Below are positions 1-12,894 of a DNA stretch of 46,248 nucleotides, piece after piece (positions within the stretch are counted from its first letter, which is position 1; each line of letters opens with the position of its first letter). Below the pieces are notes generated by a model. The model worked only from the letters and a program-made list of their open reading frames with translations, searched no databases and had not been told where the DNA came from. Source of the stretch: Octopus bimaculoides (lineage: Eukaryota). The translations under genes and the position numbers were made by a program. Location: assembly GCF_001194135.2 (NCBI RefSeq), contig NC_068981.1, positions 137,749,566 to 137,795,813 of the forward strand, read 5' to 3'.

Positions 1-320
1 ATATATATATATATACATACACACACATACTTGCAGTAAGTTAAGAGAAACTAATGGTTTTAAATTCATTCTGACTTAGGCATAAAATATTCATGTAACA
101 CCAAGGTTGCAGTGCTTCAGTTTTGCAAGCATTTGTTAAAGTAGACGGCTTACGTAAGTTTAAAGCCGTACAACTATGGCAAGACATAAATTCTCTATAA
201 AGAATTATGTTGAACAGTTAAGTAACTATCATTCATACCGTCATATTGAGTATGCAACGTTATAAAACAAAGGTGAAACCCAAAAGTTACACCCGATTGC
301 ACAATTCGTCATGGCTTTAG

Positions 321-380
321 TATCTCTTTCATTTGTTTCAGTCATTGAACTGCAGGCATGCTGGGACACTGCCCTTAAGA
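321..380 (-). mobile_element. SINE family A 3'-tail fragment
   Basis: Reverse complement AAGGGCAGTGTCCCAGCATGCCTGCAGTTCAATGACTGAAACAAATGAAAGAGATA resembles the family A tail seen at 15545-15598. Confidence 0.6.
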
Positions 381-389
381 GTTTAATAC

Positions 390-730
390 AGACACACTTT
401 GTATTTAATTTCAAGATGGTGGCCCACGATGAAGTCAGGTCAGCTATGGCTTTAACTGTTCTCACTGGAACTTTAGTAATTTGAAGGGCTTCTAGCATCC
501 GTGAGTGGGGAACAGAGGCAAAGACTTTCCTGTAATCTAGCCAAATCGAAACCAAGTTCGTCCTATGCTCTCGCACCTCTGACATCACAGTTTTGTTGAT
601 TAGCAGTTGCTGGGTATATCCCCAGTCTCCCTTCTTCTCAGCTGCTTGTTCAGCTGTGATAATGTTATTGGTTTCTCAATGGTCTTGGAGGAAGAGGTTT
701 AAACATGCTGTATATATTTTATACTTTAAG
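390..730 (-). mobile_element. R4/Dong-like LINE (family 1) reverse transcriptase fragment, 5'-truncated and degenerate
   Basis: Translation YKIYTACLNLFLQDH*ETNNIITAEQAAEKKGDWGYTQQLLINKTVMSEVREHRTNLVSIWLDYRKVFASVPHSRMLEAL matches the WLDYxKAFDSVPH RT motif of RLE-type LINEs. The 5' junction abuts (TATG)n at 731-757. Confidence 0.8.
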
Positions 731-1979
731 TGTATGTATGTATGTATGTATGTATGTTCGACAGCCTTTCCCGCTGCTTCGACGCACTAAATTCACTCGC
801 AATAAGGCATTGGTTGGCTCGGGTTGTAAAAGAAGATACCTGACTAAGCTGCCTCATATTATGACTAAACATGAAACCACATGTTTCGGGAGCAAACTTC
901 TCAAGTTAAAAATAAAGGAACTGGAGTCGTTTTGATCGTCTAAATCCTTTCAGATGGCGCTCCAGCATGGTTGCAATCCATTGACTGTTGTTCTGGCTGT
1001 TTAACTTTATATCGAGAGCAATCCAACTGTAACCAAACTGCTACTTAGGTATATGGAAACAAGCATAACAAAAAAGGTCGTGGGTTTATCTACTCTAGTT
1101 TTTGAGAGGTCGGTGATACTTTTTAAATGTGCCTTTGTTCATGAATGCCGATGACATGAATGACATTGAAACATTTGCTGACTATCAATGCCATGTGTTT
1201 TTCATTCTAATTCAATATAATACTAAAGAACGTGGTTTAAGGGAAATTTAGTTGCTACTTCTAGCAGATGTAGTAACCATGCATATGCTCCCTTTCTGGC
1301 TCCTATAACTGTGTTTCATTGTGTGATGACATTGAATCTTACTTCCTATATTTTCGTGGGAAAATAATCATGTTTCTCACAATCTTTCTATTCCGCTCTG
1401 CTAAAATGTCTGGCATTTAAAACAATTATTCAACATGGCTCTCAGTTAAACATCCTTATGCTGTGAGCTTAAAATATAATCTGTGCCGGCTTATTCTTTC
1501 ATCTATCGCCGGCCATGAACTAGATACTAGCTATGCATTTCAATGGAAAATGCATAACTTGGAAGAGATCAGTTTCTTTAATAAATTCTGACATTCATAT
1601 CTGTGCTTATCGCTGTTATATATATTAAAGAATCTTTTCAAGCCTAATGCAGTCACTTTGTCAAAGATATATACAAAGTGTTATGAATTTAGTCGTATGT
1701 GCATACACGAAGGTATTCATGTTTCTGGTATATGCATGAGATACGAGTAAGATTTTAAAACGGGGCTTCATATTTAGATTCGTATTCACCCGGCTTTAGA
1801 TTTCTTTGTCTCTTCGTTTCAGCTTCTCTTTGTGATTTTGTCGCCATCACAACCATAGTCTCAAGCATTGAACAAGTACGGTCATTGCTCTCTACCGTTG
1901 AGGATTTAGCAAACAGAAGCACACACTGCAACAACATATGATAGCTACAGTAGCAACCGCGACAGCAGTAGTAGCATTC

Positions 1980-2100
1980 ATCATCACCACCACCACCACC
2001 AATATCATCACAACCACCAATACCACCACCAATACCACCACCACCACCACCACCACCACCACCACCACTTCCTCCTCCTCCTACTCTTCCTGCTCCTCCC

Positions 2101-2135
<35 letters not shown>
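1980..2135. repeat. Compound trinucleotide microsatellite (CAC)n/(CTC)n/(CAT)n
   Basis: Directly visible; explains the poly-T/poly-S ORF at 1938-2516. Confidence 0.95.
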
Positions 2136-2136
<1 letters not shown>

Positions 2137-2507
2137 TCTCTCTTCATAATAGTTCTTCCATTTTTCAGTTTTGCTATTTATTTTTCCTGCAAATGTCTTA
2201 CCCTCACCATTCACATGTCGTGTCACTAAACAAGAGATGCAGCCATTGTTTTATTAGTTTCAGTCATTGGACACCGACCATGCTGGGTCGTCACCTTCGG
2301 GGACCTAAGTCGACCGCTTGTAATTATTTTATCAATCTCTTTTTTTATCGAACTGCTATGTTACGGGACATAAAAATGATAAATCATGGGCATCCTTTTA
2401 GACAGAAACACCATAAACACACGTATTTGTATGTGTGCATGTATGTATGTATACATGCATTTATCTATGTGGTTATATACATATATGTATGCATGTATGT
2501 ATGTATA

Positions 2508-2544
2508 GATAGATAGATAGACAGATAGATAGATGGATAGATAA

Positions 2545-2577
<33 letters not shown>

Positions 2578-2582
2578 GAGAG
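2508..2582. repeat. (GATA)n microsatellite
   Basis: Directly visible. Confidence 0.95.
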
Positions 2583-3976
2583 ATACATATTCTTATTTTG
2601 TTTATGATTATTTCAAATATAATTATTCGTATTGTCTTCTATACCTATATATCCATATATATGTGTGTGTATATGTATGTGTATGTGTGTTTTCTGCATG
2701 CGCGCATACGCGTATATATGTATGCATGTATATATATATATGTATGTATGCACATGAATGTGTATGGGTGCATGAACATACGTGCGTTTATTCCGTCCGC
2801 ACTTCCAAACATCTATCCACACTGCCAAGCGAAATTTAGTCTAGCACTTCTAGTGGTTTTCAAGTACACGGTGACCCGGTCACGAAGACCTTATCGTTGC
2901 CACGCCGCTCCATAAGTGGGTGGAAACAGCGAAGGGAAGCTCTGACAGCCGAATTGGTGTAATGACGATATCGCAATGTACTAATAATACACTGGAAACT
3001 AAGTGTGTGCGCCTGTGTCTGTGTGTCTGCGAGAGCTGTGTAGCAGTTGATTCTTACGAGTGAATGTGTTTGCGTGTTTCTACGCGCATGTGTTCCTCTG
3101 AGTGCGAAAGCCGACTGCACACATCCGTGTGTTGTATGTATTTGCATGTGCGTGTGTATGCATATGTGCTGTGTGTGTGTGTCTATGTGTGTCTGTGTAT
3201 CTCGGTATGAGTGTGTGCGCGTATATGTTCATGCACTTCTCTGTATATATATGGAATGTGCATTCATACATACGCATGTGTATATTTGTTTGTCGTGTTC
3301 TTTGGAGCATACACTCAAGCATATTTTTCTCGACGTATTTGTATGCATATATGCGTGCTTACTTACATACACACATATACGCATTCATACATACATAAAT
3401 ACATAAACATACATACATAAATACATAAACATGCATGCATAAATACATAAACATTACTCAGACATAAACATACATGTGAGCGTTGTTAAGAACACGTTTG
3501 GTGTAGATTATTTGCAGCTTGCATTCTGTGTAATTGTACGTCTTTACATATGTACAGATATATATATATATACATACATACATAAAAACACGCGCGTGTG
3601 CGCACACGCACACACACACATATATAAAACCAATGGTAACCTTATAAACCCACAAATAATGTATATATATATATATATATATNNNNNNNNNNNNNNNNNN
3701 NNNNNNNNNNNNNNNNNNNNNNNNNNNNNNNNNNNNNNNNNNNNNNNNNNNNNNNNNNNNNNNNNNNNNNNNNNNNNNNNNNNNNNNNNNNNNNNNNNNN
3801 NNNNNNNNNNNNNNNNNNNNNNNNNNNNNNNNNNNNNNNNNNNNNNNNNNNNNNNNNNNNNNNNNNNNNNNNNNNNNNNNNNNNNNNNNNNNNNNNNNNN
3901 NNNNNNNNNNNNNNNNNNNNNNNNNNNNNNNNNNNNNNNNNNNNNNNNNNNNNNNNNNNNNNNNNNNNNNNNNNNN

Positions 3977-4031
<55 letters not shown>

Positions 4032-4424
4032 CATATATATGCATTCATGAAAGTACGTACTTGTGTATATATTCACGTTCTGGTATGTATGCGTGTATGT
4101 GCATATGTGTATGAAAACGCGGGTGTGTGCGTCTTTTTGAGAGCTTATGTGTGTTGCAATGTTCAGCCATTTCTAAGAACGTTAGACAAGCATTTGCAAG
4201 GAAATACTTATGTTTATAAGTAGAAGAATATAATAAACACTAGGGAAAATCTTGCTGTAAGAGTTTATATATATCTTCTTATAACTATATATATCTACTG
4301 TACAGAAGAGGTTCTCTTTGTCATCGCTTGCAATGGCATTTCCGCATACATAAATGCACAGATAACCATATATACATACATATGCATGAATAAGTACATA
4401 CACAGATGCGTACATGCATAGTTT

Positions 4425-4458
4425 CACACACACACACACACAGACACACACACGCACG

Positions 4459-4520
<62 letters not shown>
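4425..4520. repeat. (CA)n microsatellite
   Basis: Directly visible. Confidence 0.95.
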
Positions 4521-4528
<8 letters not shown>

Positions 4529-5574
4529 CATGCATTCAAACAGCCATACATTCATATCATACATGCATACATATATGCAAACATATATCAATATACGAAA
4601 ATTTTCATACATATATACGTACATACATATATTCATTGATACATGCAAATATACATACATTCATATATCCTTTTATTCTTTTATGCATTTCAGCCCAAGG
4701 GTTGTGGCGATGTTAAGGTACCGCTAGTATTACCGCGTTTTCAATGGCCATTCATATGTGATTTGCTTTTGGTGAAGGAAGGTGTTCAATATAGCTACCC
4801 ACATTTGATTTTCATCTTCGACCTCGGACAGTTATACATATATAACTGAACACTTTAGCTCCTATTTCTAGAATTGAAAGTGTTCTAACTCCGTGTATCA
4901 TATTTAATGACAATTATAGTTTTCTTTTTTGGTGATATATTGCTAGACAGCTGCCTAATTTAATTACCACACACACACACACACAAACACACGCACATAC
5001 ATATATAAATATATTACATACATGCATATATACGCACACACACACATACATATCTTTATAGTTTATCTCTTGTTTCAATGATTAGACTGTGGCCATGTTG
5101 GGTCACCACCTTGAAGAATTTTTAGTTATTGATAACTATATAAATACATTCATACATACATACATACGCATTTATATACGTGTAACTATACATACAAACA
5201 TGCAAATATCCATAGATCCATACATGCATACGTATATAGATACACATTCAAAGTTACATACAAACATGCATACATTCATAACTGGTGATATTTGCCTCAT
5301 TTTGTCAGACAGTAACCATTTCATTTATGAGACATCTGTATGTCACAGTCGCATAGTGACATATGCTTATTCGGCACGTATGCCAGTCAGACAAATAATA
5401 GCACAATGACAGATAAGCGTTTCTAATAACACAGAACCTATCCTAATTTTGAGTTGGGAGATTTCCGTCTCGAAATGATTTTGCTTGATGCCAAGTCACA
5501 AACCTATGAATTTCGATGTTCCTGGCCACTTCGTGTGCAAAATCTGTTTACATGTACATGCATACGCACATATC

Positions 5575-5630
5575 TGCCTGCCTACCTGCCTGCCTGCCTG
5601 CCTGCCTGCTTGCCTGCCTGCCTGCCTGCC

Positions 5631-5668
<38 letters not shown>

Positions 5669-5670
5669 GC
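5575..5670. repeat. Compound (CCTG)n-(TCTG)n microsatellite
   Basis: Directly visible; explains the LPAC/LSVC ORFs. Confidence 0.95.
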
Positions 5671-6234
5671 TATCTATCTGTTGGGAAGAATAAAAGGATT
5701 AATAGAAATACATGTGTATGTATGTATGTATATATATATATGCATGTANNNNNNNNNNNNNNNNNNNNNNNNNNNNNNNNNNNNNNNNNNNNNNNNNNNN
5801 NNNNNNNNNNNNNNNNNNNNNNNNNNNNNNNNNNNNNNNNNNNNNNNNNNNNNNNNNNNNNNNNNNNNNNNNNNNNNNNNNNNNNNNNNNNNNNNNNNNN
5901 NNNNNNNNNNNNNNNNNNNNNNNNNNNNNNNNNNNNNNNNNNNNNNNNNNNNNNNNNNNNNNNNNNNNNNNNNNNNNNNNNNNNNNNNNNNNNNNNNNNN
6001 NNNNNNNNNNNNNNNNNNNNNNNNNNNNNNNNNNNNNNNNNNNNNNNNNNNNNNNNNNNNNNNNNNNNNNNNNNNNNNNNNNNNNNNNNNNNNNNNNNNN
6101 NNNNNNNNNNNNNNNNNNNNNNNNNNNNNNNNNNNNNNNNNNNNNNNNNNNNNNNNNNNNNNNNNNNNNNNNNNNNNNNNNNNNNNNNNNNNNNNNNNNN
6201 NNNNNNNNNNNNNNNNNNNNNNNNNNNNNNNNNN

Positions 6235-6266
<32 letters not shown>

Positions 6267-6270
<4 letters not shown>

Positions 6271-6366
6271 CAAGAGTGGCTGTGTTGTAAGTAGCTTGCT
6301 TTCCGACCACATGGTTCCGGGTTCAGTCTCACTGCATGACACCTTGGCCAAGTGACTTCTAGTACA
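6267..6366 (+). mobile_element. SINE family A tRNA-like head fragment
   Basis: GGCGCAAGAGTGGCTGTGTTGTAAGTAGCTTGCTT...GGTTCAGTCTC has A/B-box-like motifs and matches 17191-17280. Confidence 0.8.
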
Positions 6367-6869
6367 GGATTTTGTATGAGGACAAGCCTTTAGTGTCTGT
6401 ATAATGTATACAACAGTAGGAAATCAATTAAAAAGCGCAATTTGAAAATATTTTTTACAATTTCTTTAAGCAACCACTACAGAGGAGACTATATTTTATG
6501 AATGTAAGGTAATAAATGAACACAACAGTGGTCAGAAAATAACACGGTTGGATAAAATAAAAAAGTAAAATGCCCACATCATGAGCCACGGAATCGTCGA
6601 TTTAATAACCATCATAAGGGAAATTATAATAAGTGCACTCACACCAATAAACTGTATAGAGAATGTAAAGTCCGATCTCTTGAGGAAAATTAACTTCTAA
6701 ATAAGAACTCGAGACGTTGAGTTACTGGAAATTAAATCTATTTCAACGGATCAATATTTACTGCAAGTTTGTGTCCAACTCAAAATCTGAAAAGAAATTC
6801 CTTTATTAAAAAAAAAAAAAAAAAACCTTTCTCGGGAAGACTAAATTATTTTAGATCATGATCCGGAAT

Positions 6870-7990
6870 ACAACGAAAGACTTCAATCAGAATACATTAT
6901 GCTTATGTATGTACAATATTAACTGCAAAACGTACATAATCAACTTTGAAACTTTCCTGAAAGCTGTGGGAAAGATGCAGCATGAAGCGACCTAATACTT
7001 GGATATTGATACAGGATGTTGACGATCTACAGAAATTACTAATATGTAGTCATTTTAAGAACTATGGAAGCCTAGGTCTGCGTACTAAACTGGCGTGTCA
7101 TAGAACGAACAAATTTTGTAGTCAGATACAAAAAAATATTGACTTGGCATAAAACTATAGACTCTGTGCTTACCTAGACATTATGTTCAAACTTTACACA
7201 AGCTGTCTCAAACAATACCTTCAAGAACACTGCAAACCTTATAGGGTAGTGACTGATGAGGAGAGGGTATGTAGGGATGTGCCGAATAACTTTTGACAAA
7301 AAGGCTGTGCTGTGCCTTAAGGAATAAAATACTGCAGAAACTCCATGGGTTGATTACAGAAAGACATTCGATTCTATTTTCCATTCATTGCTGCAAAAGA
7401 TACAGTAGTTGGCAAAAGTATCCACTGCTTTAGTAGCTGCTGTTGAAAGATTCACAAAGCCCTGGTCAACAATCTTCACGTTTGTAACAGCAAACAGAAC
7501 AGTTGTCTCCGGTGTTATGAATATTTAAAAGGAATATTCCTAGAATACATTCTGTATGTGGTGCTTTTCATTTTGGAGTTAAATCTACTCTCAATTCTGT
7601 TATAAAAATCCTGTGGTTATTTGTTATCAACAAAAGACATTAATATAATCCATAATTTCTTATGGATGATCTGCAGCTCTTTACAGGAAAACATATAATA
7701 CAGCGAAATCGTAACAAAGATTTGGAAGACAAACATATCGCATACCAAAGAAGTTATGCATGTGTATGCTTCCGTAAACTTGTGAATTATGGTAACATTG
7801 ACAGAAAATATAGACTCACTTAGATACTTGACTGCTATATCACGTCAGATTTAGAAAGTTATGCTTCTGCAATCCAAGAGCAGGAAATAACTACAGAATA
7901 CCTAATGAATAAAAGAGACAGTGAAGCCTTTTAACACCTAAGATGTGACAGAAAATGCTGATTATGTCACATTGCTGTGGAAAATATTAT
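6870..7990 (+). mobile_element. Old R4/Dong-like LINE (family 1-related) fragment with large internal deletion
   Basis: Frameshifted pieces NYRLCAYLDIMFKLYTSCLKQYLQEHC, WVDYRKTFDSIFHS, HNF-MDDLQLF and AIQEQEITTEYLMNKRD...CDRKC*LC. The last matches AIQEQEISTKYLMRKR in the copy at ~33140-33190. Confidence 0.7.
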
Positions 7991-8485
7991 ACTTACACAC
8001 ACTCATATACATGCGCACACACTCATACACTCACTCTCACACACATTTATTCTCTCGCACACATGCCACAAACATACATATACATGTGGCTACATCCGAT
8101 CTCGTACGTACATGTAATAGCTAATTCTATGCAAACTCTCGCACACACACACACACACACATACACACAAGCATGCATACATATGTACAGGAAAAGCACG
8201 TACATGTGTACATGTGTGGATGCAGACATGAACGTGGAAACAGGTACGCACGTGCGCACACACGTATACGTGTGTGTATGTATTTTGTGTATGCATACAG
8301 ACATACCATGACATACAGTCCTTGTATCATTACACAGTCTGCATTCACACGTTTAATACTAGCTGACATGTCTCTCTGACCCAACGAAATCTATCAGATG
8401 TTGCTGCTGCCGTTATTGTTCTTTCAATCCCGATAATCTACGATGAGATGACAAAGAGATTTATGATAAAATACTATTCTATTCA

Positions 8486-8572
8486 TAGGCATAGTATCTT
8501 TACTTATGGAATAATGCATAGTATCTTTACAATAGATACTTTAGGCATAGTATCTTTACTTATGGAATAATG
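8486..8572. repeat. 31-bp perfect direct repeat (period 56) with a partial third copy
   Basis: TAGGCATAGTATCTTTACTTATGGAATAATG at 8486-8516 and 8542-8572; GCATAGTATCTTTAC also at 8516-8530. Confidence 0.85.
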
Positions 8573-8657
8573 TACCTTGATCAACATCGTCTTCTGTATC
8601 CTGTTATTAGATTCTAGTGGGCACTTTGAGCAAAATTGAGCTACTATTTGCTGGCAT

Positions 8658-8785
8658 AATTTAGCCCCAGGTAAGTCTTGATCAAGTAGACCTTGTTTCA
8701 AATTCATCCCTTTCTTATTTAGAGACGATCTGTGTGATATGACAAAGAGAGATTTAGCTGCTATTTCTAACAGAACACACGCCCA
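8658..8785 (-). mobile_element. Interspersed repeat family D fragment (SINE- or LINE-tail-like)
   Basis: Shares GCTAGAAATAGCAGCCAAATCT-like and CTGGGGCTAAA-like motifs with 24660-24875. Related pieces lie near 1245, 19480 and 27445. Confidence 0.45.
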
Positions 8786-9139
8786 TTTAGAAGCTTCCCT
8801 ATTGTTGATGCTTAGCTTCAGAACAACTCTGCTCGTGGAGGCTTATAATTGTAAGATTTTCTAGTGTTCTCATCTAGCAAATCTATGATCAAGGTTTTCA
8901 AGCGTTGGCCATCGCATCTTTTCTCCAGTTTTCTATTTAACGTGTTCTTTTAAATGCCGTGTTGGGGGTGAGTGTGGGGATTTGACTGTTATTTCTAACA
9001 GGTCGAGCGATGATCTCACAGAGGCTTCTCATTGGCCATTCGTTGATGCTATGGTGTAATCCCACGTACACCACTGACTGAGGAAAAATATGACACGTTG
9101 GTAGTCGAAGAACTAATAAGGTGCTATACAAAATCTATT

Positions 9140-9817
9140 GTCTCTAGCAGATTCAGCTGGTTTCCTTCAGCGTTTCCTAACCCAAGATGAGCGTTGACTT
9201 CATCATTTCGAGCCAGAGACAAAGAGACAATCCCTGCAGTGGAAACACCCCTCCTCACCTGCTGCAAAGGAAGCCAAGGTCATTTCATCTGTACGGAAGT
9301 TGATGACTTCAGTTTTTTAGGATGCAAAAAAGCATCGTGTTTATTGATTATCTTCACACAGTCAATGGAGAGTACTTTGCTACTTTACTGAGGCAGTTAC
9401 GAAACGATGTCAAAACTAAACGCTCAGGAAAACTGACGATATGTGTCTTGTTTCATCAGGACAATGCTCTAGCACACAAGTGCTTGATTTCAGTAGCTGC
9501 TGTGCGTGACTGTGATATTGAACTGATTGATCATCCTCCGTATTCTCATGATTTGGTCTCATATGACTTTCAGCTGGTCGCCAACATGAAAAAGCATATG
9601 GCAGAGAACCAGTATTGCAATTATGATGACGTCATATCTTCTGTTGACTTTTTTGTGAAACTGGATTAAAGCCTTTTCCCAATGAGATCTAAGTACTGCA
9701 ACACCAATGGAAGAGGTGAGAGGGCCGCAAGGGGGACTATGTTGAAAAATAAACCTCGTTTGGAAACATTCCATGAGAGTGTCTCGGTCAGCCTATGAAC
9801 ATTTCAACCGACCCTCG
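9140..9817 (+). mobile_element. Mariner (Tc1/mariner, D,D34D) transposase 3' fragment with 3' TIR; defective
   Basis: FLTQDE..HHFEPETKRQSLQWKHPSSP, VLFHQDNA (D at 9460), HPPYSHDLVSYDF (D at 9565; 34 intervening residues), GDYVEK*. Ends ...ACCCTCG followed by TA (9818-9819). Contains stops and frameshifts; 5' half is missing. Confidence 0.9.
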
Positions 9818-10146
9818 TAGTTTATTGTATTCCTGTCTATGTAAAATGCGGACTAATCTAGAATGTATGTATTCGCGGATTAAATCCATGATTGATCTAA
9901 TTCACTGTTTACATATTCCTGAGTATATATTTCTTTCTGTTGTCAAACGTGATATATGAAAGTGTTCTCAGTATATTTTGTTTCCTTTATTTTAGGCACA
10001 AGCATGGGTTCAGTTAAACTGCGCAGCATCTTGGGCAGGTGTCTTGTATCACCCTGGGCCGACCAATGCTTTGCTAGGAAATTATGTTGGAGTCCGTCGC
10101 ACATCCATGTATGTATGTATGTATGTATGTATGTATGTATTTATGT

Positions 10147-10485
10147 GAAGACGCGTGGTTTAGTGGTTGGGATATTCGGTTCACGATCGTTAGATCGTGA
10201 GTTGAGTTCCGTTGTGTCCTTGAGCGAGACACTTTATTTTCACGTTGCTCCAGGCTTTATTTTCACGTTACTCAGCTGGCAAAATTGAGTAGTACCTGTA
10301 TTTCAAAGGCCCAGCCTTGTCACACTATGTCACACTGATCTCTCTGAGAACTGCGTTAAGACTACACGTGTCTGTGGAATACTCAACCACCTGCACATTA
10401 ATTTCACGAGCACAACCACCCGCACTTTAATTTCCGTTGATCGTATCAGCAGGGACCCTCGCCGTCGTAACCGACAGAGTGCTCC
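10147..10485 (+). mobile_element. SINE family C-related copy
   Basis: tRNA-like head GAAGACGCGTGGTTTAGTGG. The body (CTTGTCACACT...ACACGTGTCTGTGGA...TTAATTTCACGA) is the reverse complement of the body at 28945-29150. Confidence 0.7.
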
Positions 10486-10581
10486 TCTGTATGTATGTAT
10501 GTATGTATGTATGTATGTATGTATGTATGTATGTATGTATACACACACACACACACACACAATATATATACGTATATATAT

Positions 10582-10911
10582 AACAAATTAAAAAGGGTGG
10601 ATTATTACCGACTAGAACCTAATGGCAAAATTAATAGAGGTCAGAAAAGTAACAGCGGGTACTGACTAGCGCCGCTTTTGCTAAAGATACAAACGCACAT
10701 GGTCTACTTCAAAATCCGAAATCTCGGTTATGTTCTCTGGAGACTTACCTCTTTTGTCAGTCATTGAAGACAGTGGGTTTGTGGCTTTGAGTTAGTTTAA
10801 CTCTTATCTTTAGCAAAAGCAGTTCTAGTCAGTACCCTCTGTTATTTTGTAACCTCTATTAATTTTGCCTTAAGGTTGTAATTGATAATAAGACACCCTT
10901 TTAAATCTGTT
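10582..10911. mobile_element. MITE-like element with ~108-bp imperfect terminal inverted repeats
   Basis: 10582-10689 pairs with 10805-10911 (GGCAAAATTAATAGAGGT/ACCTCTATTAATTTTGCC, GTACTGACTAG/CTAGTCAGTAC, CTTTTGCTAAAGATA/TATCTTTAGCAAAAG). A diverged copy of spacer plus right arm lies at ~11025-11180. Confidence 0.75.
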
Positions 10912-11824
10912 GTTTACACTTTTACCATTTCGAAATCAGCACACGTTTTCAACGGTTTTTCATAAATGATTGGGATAGGTAGTTGAGTTTAACCCTTGGC
11001 GTTAAAAGCCACTGATATAGATTAAGATGGTGTACATCAAAATTCGAAATCGCTATCCGGCTATGTATGCTGGGGACATACATCCCTTTGTCAGTGCACT
11101 TTTGGCTTCGAGTTAGTTTAACTTTTATCTTTGACAAGAGCGGTGCTAGTCAGTACTCTCTGCTACTTTTGTGACCTCTCTGCTACTTTTGTGACCTCTC
11201 TGTCCGGCATTCGCCATGATAGATCGCTAGCCACTATACCTTTTTCTATTTTCTCTCCCTGTTTATTTCNNNNNNNNNNNNNNNNNNNNNNNNNNNNNNN
11301 NNNNNNNNNNNNNNNNNNNNNNNNNNNNNNNNNNNNNNNNNNNNNNNNNNNNNNNNNNNNNNNNNNNNNNNNNNNNNNNNNNNNNNNNNNNNNNNNNNNN
11401 NNNNNNNNNNNNNNNNNNNNNNNNNNNNNNNNNNNNNNNNNNNNNNNNNNNNNNNNNNNNNNNNNNNNNNNNNNNNNNNNNNNNNNNNNNNNNNNNNNNN
11501 NNNNNNNNNNNNNNNNNNNNNNNNNNNNNNNNNNNNNNNNNNNNNNNNNNNNNNNNNNNNNNNNNNNNNNNNNNNNNNNNNNNNNNNNNNNNNNNNNNNN
11601 NNNNNNNNNNNNNNNNNNNNNNNNNNNNNNNNNNNNNNNNNNNNNNNNNNNNNNNNNNNNNNNNNNNNNNNNNNNNNNNNNNNNNNNNNNNNNNNNNNNN
11701 NNNNNNNNNNNNNNNNNNNNNNNNNNNNNNNNNNNNNNNNNNNNNNNNNNNNNNNNNNNNNNNNNNNNNNNNNNNNNNNNNNNNNNNNNNNNNNNNNNNN
11801 NNNNNNATATATATATATATACAC

Positions 11825-12807
11825 ATATGAAAGAAGGTTTGAAAATGCGAAGGGCATTTAGAGTTGTTTATTGACTTGACCGGTTTCACTTATTTAGAAA
11901 AAGATTATCAAAAGTAAAATGTAAAGCTTTGTATAAGGTTTGTTATGTTAAAAAATGGTTAGCACACAAGTATTAAAATACAGTTATACAGTTTTTGATC
12001 ATGATAAGAAAATGTTAAAAACAGTTTGCAGGAAAATATTCAAGAAAGGGAATACAATAAGTATTTTGAATTCAATAAAAATCATGTTTGTCTGGTAGTA
12101 TATATATATATACACAGAATGAGATATATTTAAGTATTTACAAAACGTTGGATGAATAACTGACCTGTCTGTCTGACATTTTCTGTCTTGTGTGTAGCTA
12201 AGTAATGTTTGCTTTTTTAAGGAATAGTGTATATATACACACACACATAAAGACGTGCACAGTGACACCCACCCACACACACTCAAACGATTCTGATCTG
12301 TAAGACCAGTCCCTAAAACCACTGAAACATAATAGACTAGCCCAGAAACCAAAAAATCCTTTTGATTGCACGTTGCTTTTCCTCGCTCAACCAACCTCCC
12401 GCACTATTCCATTAAAAAAAGCAAACACTCCTTAGCTAAACACAAGACAGAAAATGTCAGACAGACAGGTCAGTTATTCCTCTCCATTTTTTTGTAAATT
12501 CTTAAATATATCTCCTTCTGTATATATATATTACCACACAAACATGATTTTTTATCGAACTCAAAATACTTATTGTAGTCCCTTTCTTGAATACTTTCTT
12601 GTAAACTGTTTTTAACATTTTCTTATCATGATCAAAGACTATATAACTGTATTTTAATACTTTTGTGCAAAGCATTTTTTAACACAACAAAGCTTATAAA
12701 ATGCTTTACATTTTGCTTCTGATAATCTTTTTCTAAAAAAGTGAAACCGGTGAAGTCCATAAACATCTCTAAAAGAAACCTTTGCATTTTGAAACCTTCT
12801 TTCATAT
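11825..12807. mobile_element. Large foldback element: ~405-bp inverted arms around a 172-bp spacer
   Basis: 11825-12229 is the reverse complement of 12402-12807 at roughly 85-90% identity by eye. Non-coding; ends TA-TGAAAGAAGG...CCTTCTTTCA-TA. Confidence 0.85.
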
Positions 12808-12894
12808 ATATTTTCACTCGTGCGGTTCCTTACAACTTTACTTTGTTATGTATATACATACATACATATATACATGGTGGTGGTTGTCTACTCC

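Noticed and set aside
8504-8707. ORF with a CSKCPL motif
   Set aside because: Overlaps a tandem duplication and a family D repeat; no coherent domain.
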